NCBI GenBank assembly: GCA_965216325.1
Contig: OZ244160.1
Location: forward strand, 160,001 to 224,000
From: Coraliomargarita sp.
GTDB lineage: Bacteria > Verrucomicrobiota > Verrucomicrobiia > Opitutales > Coraliomargaritaceae
Length of the DNA stretch: 64,000 nt
Direction: 5' to 3'
The position numbers and the translations under genes were made by a program. Under the pieces are notes generated by a model. That model ran no database searches. It was not told the origin of the DNA and was given only the letters and a program-made list of their open reading frames with translations. Below are positions 19,719 to 32,463 of the stretch, piece by piece (within the stretch, counting starts at the first letter, position 1; each line of letters opens with the position of its first letter).

Positions 19719-20587
19719 TGGAGGGCAACGCTCCGCCGTTGCCGTGCAGTGTTGTCAGTCTTCTGTTCAGGCGTGGTGGCAATGGCGGAGCATTGCCCTC
19801 CAGCTAGCAGTGGCGTGTTGTGTGTGATTGGAGGGCAACGCTCCGCCGTTGCCGTGCAGTGTTGTCGGCCTTCTGCTCAGGCGTGGTGGCAATGACGGAG
19901 CATTGCCCTCCAGCTAGCAGTGGCGTGTTGTGTATGATTGGAGGGCAACGCTCCGCCGTTGCCGTGCAGTGTTGTCGGTCTTCTGCTCAGGCGTGGTGGC
20001 AATGGCGGAGCATTGCCCTCCAGCTAGCAGTGGCGTGTTGTGTATGATTGGAGTGCAACGCTCCGCCGTTGCCGTGCAGTGTTGTCAGTCTTCTGTTCAG
20101 GCGTGGTGGCAATGGCGGAGCATTGCCCTCCAGCTAGCAGTGGCGTGTTGTGTGTGATTGGAGGGCAACGCTCCGCCGTTGCCGTGCAGTGTTGTCGGCC
20201 TTCTGCTCAGGCGTGGTGGCAATGACGGAGCATTGCCCTCCAGCTAGCAGTGGCGTGTTGTGTATGATTGGAGGGCAACGCTCCGCCGTTGCCGTGCAGT
20301 GTTGTCAGTCTTCTGTTCAGGCGTGGTGGCAATGGCGGAGCATTGCCCTCCAGCTAGCAGTGGCGTGTTGTGTATGATTGGAGTGCAACGCTCCGCCGTT
20401 GCCGTGCAGTGTTGTCGGCCTTCTGCTCAGGCGTGGTGGCAATGACGGAGCATTGCCCTCCAGCTTGCAGTGGCGTGTTGTGTGTGATTGGAGTGCAACG
20501 CTCCGCCGTTGCCGTGCAGTGTTGTCAGTTTTCTGTTCAGGCGTGGTGGCAATGACGGAGCATTGCCCTTCAGCTTGCAGTGACGTG
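19719..20587. repeat. Tandem array of eight 110-bp REPIN units
   Basis: Units start at 19720, 19830, 19940, 20050, 20160, 20270, 20380 and 20490. Each is an inverted REP pair plus a linker, and a degenerate REP follows near 20594-20618. Confidence 0.95.
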
Positions 20588-20671
20588 AAGTTGAATGACG
20601 TGGGGCCTTTGCCCTCCAGTTTCGTGGAATGCACACTTGTCATTCGGCGAGGCTTGGCGCTTCATAGCCCT

Positions 20672-21598
20672 ATGTCTGAAGACTCTAAAATCCGTTGCGG
20701 TGTCGTGGGCACCGGTTACTTGGGCCAGCACCATGCGCGTATCTACGCAGCATTGGATCAGTGTGAGCTCGTAGGTATTGTTGAAGCCGACGATGCGCGT
20801 GCAGCTGAAATGTGTGCCCAGCATAATTGTGACCGCTTCGATTCTTTGGAGGCGCTTGCAGCTGCCTGTGATGCGGTGAGTGTGGTGGTGCCGACAGATA
20901 AGCACTGCGAAGTGGCCGTGCCGCTGCTTGAAGGAGGCTGCCACCTTTTGATTGAGAAGCCCTTGTGCACGAGTCTAGAGGAGGCGGAGAAAATCCTCTC
21001 TGCAGCCAAGGCGGCAGGCCGTATTGTTCAGGTGGGCCATATCGAGCATTACAATCCGGTGATGGGATATTTGGAAAACGCGGTGACCGCGCCACAGTTT
21101 ATCACCGCAGATCGTCTCGCGCCGTTTAATCCGCGTGGCACCGAAGTGGGGGTGGTGTTGGATCTGATGATTCACGACCTTGGAGTGATTCTCGCACTGG
21201 TGCGCTCTCCGGTCGTATCGGTCGAGGCGGTGGGAGTGAATGTGTTGTCCAATAGTGAAGACATCGCCAATGCGCGGATCACTTTCGAAAATGGCTGTGT
21301 TGCGAACATCAACACCAGCCGTGTGAGCATGAAGAAGGTGCGTGAGATTCGTGTCTTCCAGCCAGCAAATTATCTCTCGCTTGATTTCATGAATCAGAGT
21401 GGTCACTTCCTGCGTAAGGAAGGCCCGGAGTTGGTGCGTGAGGAAATTCCGATTGAGAAGGATGAGCCGCTCAAGCTGGAACTCGCGTCCTTTGCTGAGG
21501 TGGTCCAGGAAGCCGGTCAGCCGAAGGTCGGTGCGGAGCTCGGTAAGTCTGCGCTGGAACTGGCGATCCAGATCACCGAACTGATCCATAAGGCTTGA
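20672..21598 (+). CDS. Gfo/Idh/MocA family oxidoreductase (GnnA-like, UDP-GlcNAc 3-dehydrogenase candidate)
   Basis: G.VG.G.LG..H, LIEKP, QVGHIE.YNP and DLMIHD motifs; located near lpxB; true start taken as MSEDSK. Confidence 0.82.
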   Translation: MSEDSKIRCGVVGTGYLGQHHARIYAALDQCELVGIVEADDARAAEMCAQHNCDRFDSLEALAAACDAVSVVVPTDKHCEVAVPLLEGGCHLLIEKPLCTSLEEAEKILSAAKAAGRIVQVGHIEHYNPVMGYLENAVTAPQFITADRLAPFNPRGTEVGVVLDLMIHDLGVILALVRSPVVSVEAVGVNVLSNSEDIANARITFENGCVANINTSRVSMKKVREIRVFQPANYLSLDFMNQSGHFLRKEGPELVREEIPIEKDEPLKLELASFAEVVQEAGQPKVGAELGKSALELAIQITELIHKA

Positions 21599-21599
21599 G

Positions 21600-21693
21600 G
21601 AACATCGAACACTGAACGTCGAACATCCAACTTCGAATTTTGCTTAGACCTTTCGTTCAGCATTGGACGTTCAATGTTCGATGTTGGGCGTTC
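21600..21693. repeat. Inverted arms of heptamer repeats (aacatcg/aacgtcg ... ttcgatg), family F3
   Basis: gaacatcgaacactgaacgtcgaacatccaac ... ttggacgttcaatgttcgatgttgggcgttc. Confidence 0.75.
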
Positions 21694-21696
21694 ATT

Positions 21697-22440
21697 ATGA
21701 TCTCTGTTGTTTCAGCTGAAGTGGCAATCGTAGCGCATCGTGGGGCTTCCGCCTATGCGCCGGAGAACACGCTTTCTGCTTTTGAGCTCGCGTGGGAAAT
21801 GGATGCCGATGCGATTGAGGGCGATTTTCGTCTAACTGCTGACGGTCAGATAGTCTGCATTCATGATGCGGATACGAAGCGCGTGAGCGATCAGGTGCTT
21901 GAGGTCGAGTCGACTGACTATATGACTTTGAAGGCATTGAATGTCGGTGGTGCGACACCGGCACATATTCCATTGTTGAGTGAAGTGTTGGATACCGTGC
22001 CCGCAGGAAAGCGCATCGTCATTGAAGTGAAGTCCCACGCGGAGATTGTGCCGCATCTTGTGTGTGAACTGGAGGCGCATCCGTTGCCGGCAGAGTCGTT
22101 CTTTGTGATCTCCTTTGATACAGCAGTTTTGTCGGCCCTGAAGGAGCAGGCGCCTCAGTTGGAGACGGGGTTATTGATTAATTTTAAGCGTTCCGGCTTG
22201 AAGTTAACGCCGAGCTCAAGCGAGGTGTTTGAGCTGGCCGAGCAATGCAACGTAGATGCGATTAGCGTGAAGGCGCACCCGATGCTTTCGAAGCGGTTTT
22301 GTGCTGAAGTTCGTGAGCGTGGCTATGGCTTCCATGTGTGGACGGTCGATGAACCGCGGTGGGCGGCCGAAATGGTCAAGTGCGGTGCGCAGAGCATCAC
22401 GACCAATAAGCCGGATCTAATGCGTGCGAAGCTGAAGTGA
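21697..22440 (+). CDS. Glycerophosphodiester phosphodiesterase
   Basis: AHRGAS..APENT..AF, IE.D..LT.DG...C.HD, IEVK, SFD, VWTVD and ITTN.P. Confidence 0.92.
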   Translation: MISVVSAEVAIVAHRGASAYAPENTLSAFELAWEMDADAIEGDFRLTADGQIVCIHDADTKRVSDQVLEVESTDYMTLKALNVGGATPAHIPLLSEVLDTVPAGKRIVIEVKSHAEIVPHLVCELEAHPLPAESFFVISFDTAVLSALKEQAPQLETGLLINFKRSGLKLTPSSSEVFELAEQCNVDAISVKAHPMLSKRFCAEVRERGYGFHVWTVDEPRWAAEMVKCGAQSITTNKPDLMRAKLK

Positions 22441-22445
22441 TCTTT

Positions 22446-22587
22446 GAACCGTTAATTTACGTTAATTGACGTGAATGATCATGGTTTGAATTGCTGAGGA
22501 CGCTGCTCTCCGATTGTGGACTATCTGGATGCTATTCTCTAAATCCTGTGCTTCCCATTAACGTAAATTAACGTAAATTAACGGTTC
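22446..22587. repeat. Inverted arms of 10-bp repeats (gaaccgttaatttacgttaattgacg ... ttaacgtaaattaacggttc), family F4
   Basis: Same arm family at 29177-29522 and 53626-53775. Confidence 0.85.
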
Positions 22588-22597
22588 GAATTTTCAT

Positions 22598-23776
22598 ATG
22601 TCTGATCAATTACCAGCACCTGCAGATTTCCCAGCGCCACTTGATGGTCAGCCGGACCTACTGATTATTGCCGGCGAACATTCTGGTGATGAGCACGCCG
22701 CGCAGGTGCTGGCCGATCTGCGGGCGAGGCAGCCGGACTTGAAGGTGGCCTGTCTTGGTGGCGTTGAGCTGCAGGCGGCGGGTGCGCAATTGCTCTATGA
22801 CCTGACGGCTGTTTCGATTGTTGGCTTTGTGGAGGTGCTCAAGCACTACAACTTTTTCAAGAGTCTGTTTGATCGCACCTTGAATTGGATCGAGCAGTAT
22901 CGCCCGAAGCATATCTGTTTCGTTGACTACCCAGGTTTTAATCTGCGCTTGGCGGAGCAGCTCTGTGAGCGTGGTTTGAGTAAAAAAGGCGGCGGTGATA
23001 TTGGTGTGAGCTATTACATTGGTCCGCAGGTTTGGGCATGGAAGGCGAAGCGTCGTTTCAAGATGGAGCGCGTGCTCGATCGCTTGGGTGTCATTTTCCC
23101 TTTTGAGGTGGAGTGTTTTGCGGATACTTCGCTGCCAGTTGAGTTTGTAGGGCATCCTTTTGTTCGACCGGAGCATGAGTTGCCCTTTGTGCAGGACGCG
23201 GATGCTCCGGTGCTGTTGTTGCCGGGGAGTCGCTCTGCGGCGGTTGGTCGTATTTTTCCAGTCTTGTTGAATGGCTTTCAGCAAGCGTTGGCGACGAAGG
23301 CGGATTTGAGGGCACGCGTGGTGTATCCGAGTGAGGCGATCTTCACGCAGCTGAAGTTCATTCTAGCCAGCTATCCTAATTTGCAGGCGAAGATAGAGTT
23401 TGTGCCGAATACGCAGAAGGCGCTGCCGGCGAGTGCGGTGCTGATGAGTTCCGGCACGATGTCACTTGCGGTTGCGATGTCGGCAATTCCCGGTGCGATT
23501 GCCTACCGATTGAACACGCTGAGCTATTGGCTGGGTAAGCTGTTGGTGAAGGTGCCTTACATCGGGATCTCCAACCTGCTGCTCAAGCGCGGGCTACACC
23601 CTGAGTTTATTCAGGGGGCCGCGAGTGCAAAGCAACTGGCTGCGGAGATTGTGCGTGCCACCGAGCCGACAGCGGCGGTGGAAGCCGCTGAGGGCGCGAA
23701 GGAACTCAGAGAATTGCTCAATCCTGCGAGTGACGCCACGGCCGCTGCTTGGCTGGCGCGTGGGATGGAAGGGTAG
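22598..23776 (+). CDS. lpxB: Lipid-A-disaccharide synthase
   Basis: IIAGE.SGD, DYPGFNLRLA, P.VWAW, IFPFE, FVGHP, LLPGSR and SGT motifs. Confidence 0.93.
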   Translation: MSDQLPAPADFPAPLDGQPDLLIIAGEHSGDEHAAQVLADLRARQPDLKVACLGGVELQAAGAQLLYDLTAVSIVGFVEVLKHYNFFKSLFDRTLNWIEQYRPKHICFVDYPGFNLRLAEQLCERGLSKKGGGDIGVSYYIGPQVWAWKAKRRFKMERVLDRLGVIFPFEVECFADTSLPVEFVGHPFVRPEHELPFVQDADAPVLLLPGSRSAAVGRIFPVLLNGFQQALATKADLRARVVYPSEAIFTQLKFILASYPNLQAKIEFVPNTQKALPASAVLMSSGTMSLAVAMSAIPGAIAYRLNTLSYWLGKLLVKVPYIGISNLLLKRGLHPEFIQGAASAKQLAAEIVRATEPTAAVEAAEGAKELRELLNPASDATAAAWLARGMEG

Positions 23777-23845
23777 TGGAGGGCAACACTCCGTCGTTGT
23801 CGTCTCAGTTCATGCGTGGTGGCAATGACGGAGCATTGCCCTCCA
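23777..23845. repeat. GGAG-type REP doublet immediately after the lpxB stop
   Basis: tggagggcaacactccgtcgttgtcg ... tggcaatgacggagcattgccctcca. Confidence 0.85.
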
Positions 23846-23862
23846 GCTTTGTTTACGTCTAT

Positions 23863-23972
23863 GACACCCCTCCCATCCGACAAGCGGATGACCTCCCCTT
23901 GGCAGGGGAGGAGCTTTATCAACTCCCCTCCTTGTTGAGGAGGGGTGACCGGCTTGACCGGTCGGGGTGGTT
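23863..23972. repeat. cacccctcc...ggaggggtg type multi-hairpin palindromic element
   Basis: cacccctccc, ctcccct/aggggag, cccctcc/gaggagggg and ggggtgg nested inverted repeats between convergent genes. Confidence 0.6.
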
Positions 23973-23989
23973 CGTTTAGTAAGAGAGCA

Positions 23990-25048
23990 CTAATTGCCGC
24001 GGCGTTGCTGGACTGCCTGAGCGAGTGCCTCGAGGATTTCGGCAGTCTCTTCGATATTGATGCAGGCATCCGTAATACTTTGGCCGTAGACGTTGTCGCC
24101 GTTTGGATTGTATTTCTGGTTTCCTTCGACGAGGTGGCTTTCGAGCATGACGCCTGCAATGCCGGTTTGACCGGCAGCAATTTGATCGGCGAGTGCCTGA
24201 GCGACGATGCCTTGGCGCTTGTGGTCCTTGTTGCTGTTGGCGTGGCTGCAGTCGACGACGACGTATGGAGGCAGGTTAACCTGCTGCAGGTCTTCGAGGA
24301 CTGGCTCGATGTCTTTCGCTTCGTAGTTGGTGCCGGTGCGGCTGCCACCACGCAGGATGACGTGTGCGTCCTGATTGCCCGTGGTTTGGAAGATTGCAGT
24401 GACGCCTTGTTTGGTGACGGATGGGAACCAGTGCGACTCGCGTGAGGAGCGCACGGCGTCGATTGCCATTTGCACGTTACCGCCGGTGCCGTTTTTGAAG
24501 CCGACCGGCATTGACAGGCCGGACGCGAGCTCGCGGTGCACTTGGCTTTCCGTGGTGCGGGCACCAATCGCTGACCAGGAAATTGCATCGGCGATGAACT
24601 GTGGGAAAATGGTGTCGAGGAATTCAGCTCCGGTTGGCAGGCCCATTTCGCAGATGTCGGCGAGGAGCTTACGGCCAATGCGCAGGCCGGTGTTGATCTC
24701 GAAGCTGCCGTCGAGATGTGGGTCATTCAGTAAGCCCTTCCAGCCAACCACGGTGCGTGGCTTTTCGAAGTAGACGCGCATGATAATTTGCAGGTCGGCT
24801 GCGTATTTCTCTGCCAGTGGCTTCAGTCGCTCGGCGTAGTCGATTGCTGCCTTCGGATCATGAATCGAGCAGGGGCCGACAACGACCATGAGGCGGTCAT
24901 CTTCACCGCGCATGATTGCGGCGCTGTCGGAGCGGCCTTTGTCCACTACGCTGACTGCATACTCCGAGAGGGGGATCTCTTCGATCAGAATGGCGGGAGG
25001 GAGGAGCGGACGCTTGTCGGCAATGCGTGTGTTATCGTGTGCGGTCAT
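23990..25048 (-). CDS. aroG: 3-deoxy-7-phosphoheptulonate (DAHP) synthase, class I alpha
   Basis: VVGPCSIHD, RVYFEKPRT.VGWKG, IGARTTESQ.HR, VDCSHANS and GQSITDAC (the aroF/G/H paralogue cannot be resolved). Confidence 0.92.
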   Translation of the reverse strand: MTAHDNTRIADKRPLLPPAILIEEIPLSEYAVSVVDKGRSDSAAIMRGEDDRLMVVVGPCSIHDPKAAIDYAERLKPLAEKYAADLQIIMRVYFEKPRTVVGWKGLLNDPHLDGSFEINTGLRIGRKLLADICEMGLPTGAEFLDTIFPQFIADAISWSAIGARTTESQVHRELASGLSMPVGFKNGTGGNVQMAIDAVRSSRESHWFPSVTKQGVTAIFQTTGNQDAHVILRGGSRTGTNYEAKDIEPVLEDLQQVNLPPYVVVDCSHANSNKDHKRQGIVAQALADQIAAGQTGIAGVMLESHLVEGNQKYNPNGDNVYGQSITDACINIEETAEILEALAQAVQQRRGN

Positions 25049-25167
25049 GTGTATGAAGTTGTTGGTTGAAAGTTGTTAGTTGTTAGGGGCGGGCAGGGGC
25101 TGGTGACGTTTAGTCTTAATGGTCCGATCGTGAAGCGTCGGTCTTGTCGTCGCTTCGCTCCTCGGAA

Positions 25168-25245
25168 GTAATCTTACTCTTAATCCTAATCCCTTCTGTT
25201 ATGATGTCGGGAGATTAAGATTATGATTAGGAGTAAGATTAAGAG
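25168..25245. repeat. Family F1 hexamer inverted arms
   Basis: Arms identical to those at 4171-4241 with a different loop. Confidence 0.85.
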
Positions 25246-25263
25246 TTCCCTGCTGGCGAATAG

Positions 25264-25298
25264 AAAAAAGCCCTTCCGGATTGTTCCGGAAGGGCTTT
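25264..25298 (-). terminator. Rho-independent terminator of ppdK
   Basis: aaagcccttccgga-ttgt-tccggaagggcttt with an A6 run (U tract on the minus strand). Confidence 0.88.
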
Positions 25299-25321
25299 GT
25301 TAAATCAGGAAGCTTTAAGGC

Positions 25322-28075
<2,754 letters not shown>

Positions 28076-28276
28076 AAGAAACGATCATTTTGTGGATCGA
28101 GTTGAGTTCCGAATGCGCCCAGTAATGAACGCCTTCGGCGTGAGAAAGCATGCAGCAAATGAATTTCGCGAAAGCTGTCAACGTATTAGATTTGCTGATT
28201 CTGAGTTCGGGCCAGGATCTGATTTTGCGTATTTGAGTTGCGCTTTATGCGAGTGAATCGCTAGTTGAACAGGCGA

Positions 28277-29176
28277 ATGAGCAAAGACGAACAGCCATAC
28301 GACGATAAGCCGCAAGACGACCCTTACACTGACGAGCATCAGGATGTCTTCGGTGATGATTACTCGGAGGGGTATGATGACTATGCGTATGATGAACCCG
28401 ACGCCGATGAGGAAGCTGAAGGAGGGATGTCGTTTTTGGAGCACCTCGAGGAATTTCGCTGGACGGTCGCGCGTAGTTTGTTGGCCTTCGTCATCGGGGT
28501 TGTGGTCGTGGTCATCTTCCACAAGCAGATCGCGGTGTTTATGCAGATGCCGCTGCACAAAGCCTATGGGTCTGCCGAGGTGGCTCGTGAGAATCTGATC
28601 ACCTATAAAGCGATGGGGGTGATCTCGGTCTTTTTTCAGGTGGCGTTGTTGGGGGGCTTTACCTTGTCGATGCCCTTTGTGCTTTATTTCTTGGGGCGCT
28701 TTGTGGCGCCGGGGCTCAACGAGAAGGAGCGCAAAGTGCTCGCCCCGTCCTGCCTCGCTGCTTTTATCCTGTTTTTGGTGGGGGTCGCGTTTGCCTTTTA
28801 TATTATTTTGCCGCTGGCTCTGGCGTTTACCGTGAAGCTCAATCAGCACATGGGCTTCGATATTTTTTGGGCGGCCTCGGACTATTATAATATGGTGGTG
28901 TGGTTCTCGCTGTCGATTGGGGCGTTTTTTCAGTTCCCATTGATTGTGGTGCTGCTGGTCTTTATCGGAGTGCTGGAAACTCAGACGCTCAAGACAGCAC
29001 GACGCTTGGTTTTTGTCAGTCTGATGGTCTTCTCCGCTTTGGTTTCGCCCGGGGGTGATCCGATTTCGCTCAGTGTCACGACCGGCTTCATGTATGGTCT
29101 GTATGAGTTGGCGATCGCCATTGGTGCGCGCATCGAGCGCAAGCGCCAGGCTGAGATTGATGCCGCGCTGGAGTAG
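28277..29176 (+). CDS. tatC: Twin-arginine translocase subunit TatC with acidic N-terminal extension
   Basis: [16 protein letters not shown]...E and FQFP motifs; six TM segments; LYEL. Confidence 0.92.
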   Translation: MSKDEQPYDDKPQDDPYTDEHQDVFGDDYSEGYDDYAYDEPDADEEAEGGMSFLEHLEEFRWTVARSLLAFVIGVVVVVIFHKQIAVFMQMPLHKAYGSAEVARENLITYKAMGVISVFFQVALLGGFTLSMPFVLYFLGRFVAPGLNEKERKVLAPSCLAAFILFLVGVAFAFYIILPLALAFTVKLNQHMGFDIFWAASDYYNMVVWFSLSIGAFFQFPLIVVLLVFIGVLETQTLKTARRLVFVSLMVFSALVSPGGDPISLSVTTGFMYGLYELAIAIGARIERKRQAEIDAALE

Positions 29177-29522
29177 GAACCGTTAATTTACGTCAATTAA
29201 CGTTAATTATTGTGTCGTATTGTAGCGGGTGCTGTCTCCATGCGCGTGCGTTTTGGAGAACTTAGGGTTCTTTTCAGGAAGGATGCGAAGATGAAAGAAG
29301 CATGGCTTGAGCGAGTTCGAAGGCGTCTTCTCTTTTGGGGCGCCCGGTCTCAAGTACTTGGGCTCCTAGCTGCTTTATTAATCGGTAGCGCGATTGACTT
29401 AGGCTTTTCAGGCGATTTCATCGGATACGCCTTTGGGGGGATTCTCAGTGTGGGCGGAACCTTTGGGCTCTCGTGAGTAGAATGAAAACTGATTCACGTT
29501 AATTGACGTCAATGGGCGGTCC
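29177..29522. repeat. Family F4 inverted arms enclosing about 280 bp of cargo
   Basis: gaaccgttaatttacgtcaattaacgttaat ... attcacgttaattgacgtcaatgggcggtcc. Confidence 0.75.
29291..29476 (+). CDS. Possible small membrane protein (61 aa) inside the F4 arms
   Basis: MKEAWLERVRRRLLFWG...: basic N-terminus and two hydrophobic stretches; purine-rich upstream sequence (ggaagga). Confidence 0.35.
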   Translation: MKEAWLERVRRRLLFWGARSQVLGLLAALLIGSAIDLGFSGDFIGYAFGGILSVGGTFGLS

Positions 29523-29536
29523 AGTGGTCGATCTAC

Positions 29537-29569
29537 AAAAAAAACCGCGTCCTATTGGAACGCGGCTTT
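29537..29569 (-). terminator. Rho-independent terminator
   Basis: A8 run followed by the ccgcgt-N9-acgcgg hairpin. Confidence 0.7.
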
Positions 29570-29588
29570 GAATTCAAAATGCTTGGTG

Positions 29589-29837
29589 TTACTTGGCGGC
29601 TTGCTTCTGCTTGCGCTGATCGGCTAGCACGATCAGGAACATGTTGATCGCGAACCAGAAAGTGGTGGCGATTGGCACGGCTGCGAAGCAGGCTTGAGCT
29701 TGAGCCCAGAATGGGTCCGGCGAGAAAGTAAATGGCACCAATGCAATGGACATGTAAATAAACACGCCGAGCGTCAGAATCACGCCGAGCGCGATCTGTC
29801 CTTTGGATAGTAGTTTTTGGTAGGCTGCATTTTCCAT
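29589..29837 (-). CDS. Small two-TM membrane protein
   Basis: MENAAYQKLL...; two hydrophobic helices, a basic C-terminus and its own terminator. Confidence 0.7.
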   Translation of the reverse strand: MENAAYQKLLSKGQIALGVILTLGVFIYMSIALVPFTFSPDPFWAQAQACFAAVPIATTFWFAINMFLIVLADQRKQKQAAK

Positions 29838-29969
29838 GGTGCGTAGGAGCAAATCTGCCTGATGCGGGCTGTCAAAGCGAAACTTGCCTCTTTTTTCGAT
29901 CGGCTTCTCTATCTGTGACTTGTGTGGGCTGTGTGCCTGCGAAATTTATCGCTTGAATTCGGCGCGGCA

Positions 29970-30001
<32 letters not shown>

Positions 30002-30014
30002 CCCGCTTTACTTC

Positions 30015-30512
30015 ATGAGCGCATTATTCATTAGTCTTTTAACTCTCGTTCTTATTCTTATTTCCGCATTCATCGTGCTGATCGTGCTGATGCAGCGCAC
30101 CAGCCAGAGTGGAGGTATGGGTGCCGCACTCGGAGGCGGTGCTGCGGAATCCGCATTTGGTTCCGACACAACCAATGTGCTGACTAAGGCAACCATCTAC
30201 GGAATTATCGCTTTCTTCGTCGTTGCGCTGGGGCTTTACCTGATCTACCAAGCGAATGCGGATGACGCACCCGTTGCAGACAAAGCGCCAGTCATTAAGG
30301 CGGATGTTGAAGAGGTTGCTGAAACCGTGACGACCGTTGAGGGTGACTCGGCAGCAGGTATTACAGTTTCTGAAATTGATGCTGGAACCGTCGAGCCGGT
30401 TGTGGAGTCTGTAGTGGAGGAAGTTGAGGCAACTGTGAATGAGGCCGCCGAAGCAGCACCTGCTGTTCAGGTTGAGGCACCTGCAGTTGAGCCGACTCCT
30501 GCTGCTCAATAA
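30015..30512 (+). CDS. secG: Preprotein translocase subunit SecG with acidic C-terminal tail
   Basis: LIVLMQR...GGMG.A.GGG...AFG....NVLTK.T. Confidence 0.9.
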   Translation: MSALFISLLTLVLILISAFIVLIVLMQRTSQSGGMGAALGGGAAESAFGSDTTNVLTKATIYGIIAFFVVALGLYLIYQANADDAPVADKAPVIKADVEEVAETVTTVEGDSAAGITVSEIDAGTVEPVVESVVEEVEATVNEAAEAAPAVQVEAPAVEPTPAAQ

Positions 30513-31418
30513 ATGCTACGCTCCGTATTTCAAAAAACATTCTTTCTTCAAAGGTCCGCTGTTCTCGGTTTTGCCGCAGCTGGCCTTTTTTGTGCCTGCG
30601 TTCCGGGCATTGCTCAAACCGCGCCGAGGGACAATATTGATACCCGTTACGAAGAGATTGATCTCGAAGAGGGGCGTAAGCGTTTGGAGAGCTTTCGTGC
30701 TCAGCGTTTGGATGGTGATTACTGCTTCCGCTTTCAGCTGGAGCATATGCCCCGCCGTGGGAAAACCACTCGTTACAATGGCACGATTTGGGGCACTTGG
30801 AATGAGCAGGGGCCTTTGACGCGGGTTCAGTTGGAACCGGGGGGGAGTGCTCATGCCAGTGGAGCTGGGTTGATTGATCTGATTTTGCAGAGTGGGCCGG
30901 AGCCGAAGGTTTGGAAGTGGATAGCTCCAAAGGCTAAGTTTGAGCAAATCGGAGGTGCTGCCTTGTATCAACCGGTTCTCGATGGCGTGACTTATTCGCC
31001 GTTCGATTTGCAAATGCCGTTTTTGTATTGGGAGCAATTTGAATACGCAGGAACTGCGCGTGTGAGTTCGCGAATCGTTCAGCAATTCCTGATGCTACCG
31101 CCCGAAGGTCAGTATGCGGACGTGGGCATAGGTGGTGTGCGTATTGGTCTGGATGATACGTATGATGCACTCTTTCGTGTTGAAGTTTTAGATGCTGAAT
31201 TGCAGCAGCGCTCACGCTTTACTGTGGAGGCGTGGAAGAAGCTTCAAGGGCAGTATATTGTTAAGAAAATTAGACTTACAGATGATGAGACAAAGGATGC
31301 CACGCGTTTTCGTGTGCGCGCTGCCAGTGTTGGTTTGATCCTGCCGGATGGATGGTTTGATCCTTTGTTGAATGAAGCAAAACCAACGATTCCGGAGGCA
31401 ATGTTTGAAGACGTTTAG
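30513..31418 (+). CDS. Outer-membrane lipoprotein-sorting (LolA-like) family protein
   Basis: Signal peptide, YSPFDLQMPFLYW and W.K..G.Y..K.I motifs. Confidence 0.6.
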   Translation: MLRSVFQKTFFLQRSAVLGFAAAGLFCACVPGIAQTAPRDNIDTRYEEIDLEEGRKRLESFRAQRLDGDYCFRFQLEHMPRRGKTTRYNGTIWGTWNEQGPLTRVQLEPGGSAHASGAGLIDLILQSGPEPKVWKWIAPKAKFEQIGGAALYQPVLDGVTYSPFDLQMPFLYWEQFEYAGTARVSSRIVQQFLMLPPEGQYADVGIGGVRIGLDDTYDALFRVEVLDAELQQRSRFTVEAWKKLQGQYIVKKIRLTDDETKDATRFRVRAASVGLILPDGWFDPLLNEAKPTIPEAMFEDV

Positions 31419-31535
31419 GTTTGTAAGTGTCATCAGGGGTTAGGTCGTTTTCAGTGTGACTCTTGTGTAAATCTTTTGTATTGACTTTGTTACTACATTT
31501 GGCAGTCCTGTTGGTGAACACTAACCAAACTGTCT

Positions 31536-32342
<807 letters not shown>

Positions 32343-32368
32343 GCTGCCGGGAAAGCCCTTCTTAGGCT

Positions 32369-32414
<46 letters not shown>

Positions 32415-32463
32415 AGGTTTACGTCCATTGACGTAGCCTGAGGAGCGCTTTTTTTATACCATC

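Noticed and set aside
19719..20587. CRISPR array
   Set aside because: The intervening sequences are near-identical rather than unique spacers, the units are inverted REP pairs, and there are no cas genes; the adjacent gene is a RAYT.
19820..20671. Short ORFs across the array and the 98-aa N-terminal extension of ORF 20378..21598
   Set aside because: These are translations of the repeat units; the oxidoreductase homology starts at MSEDSK (20672).
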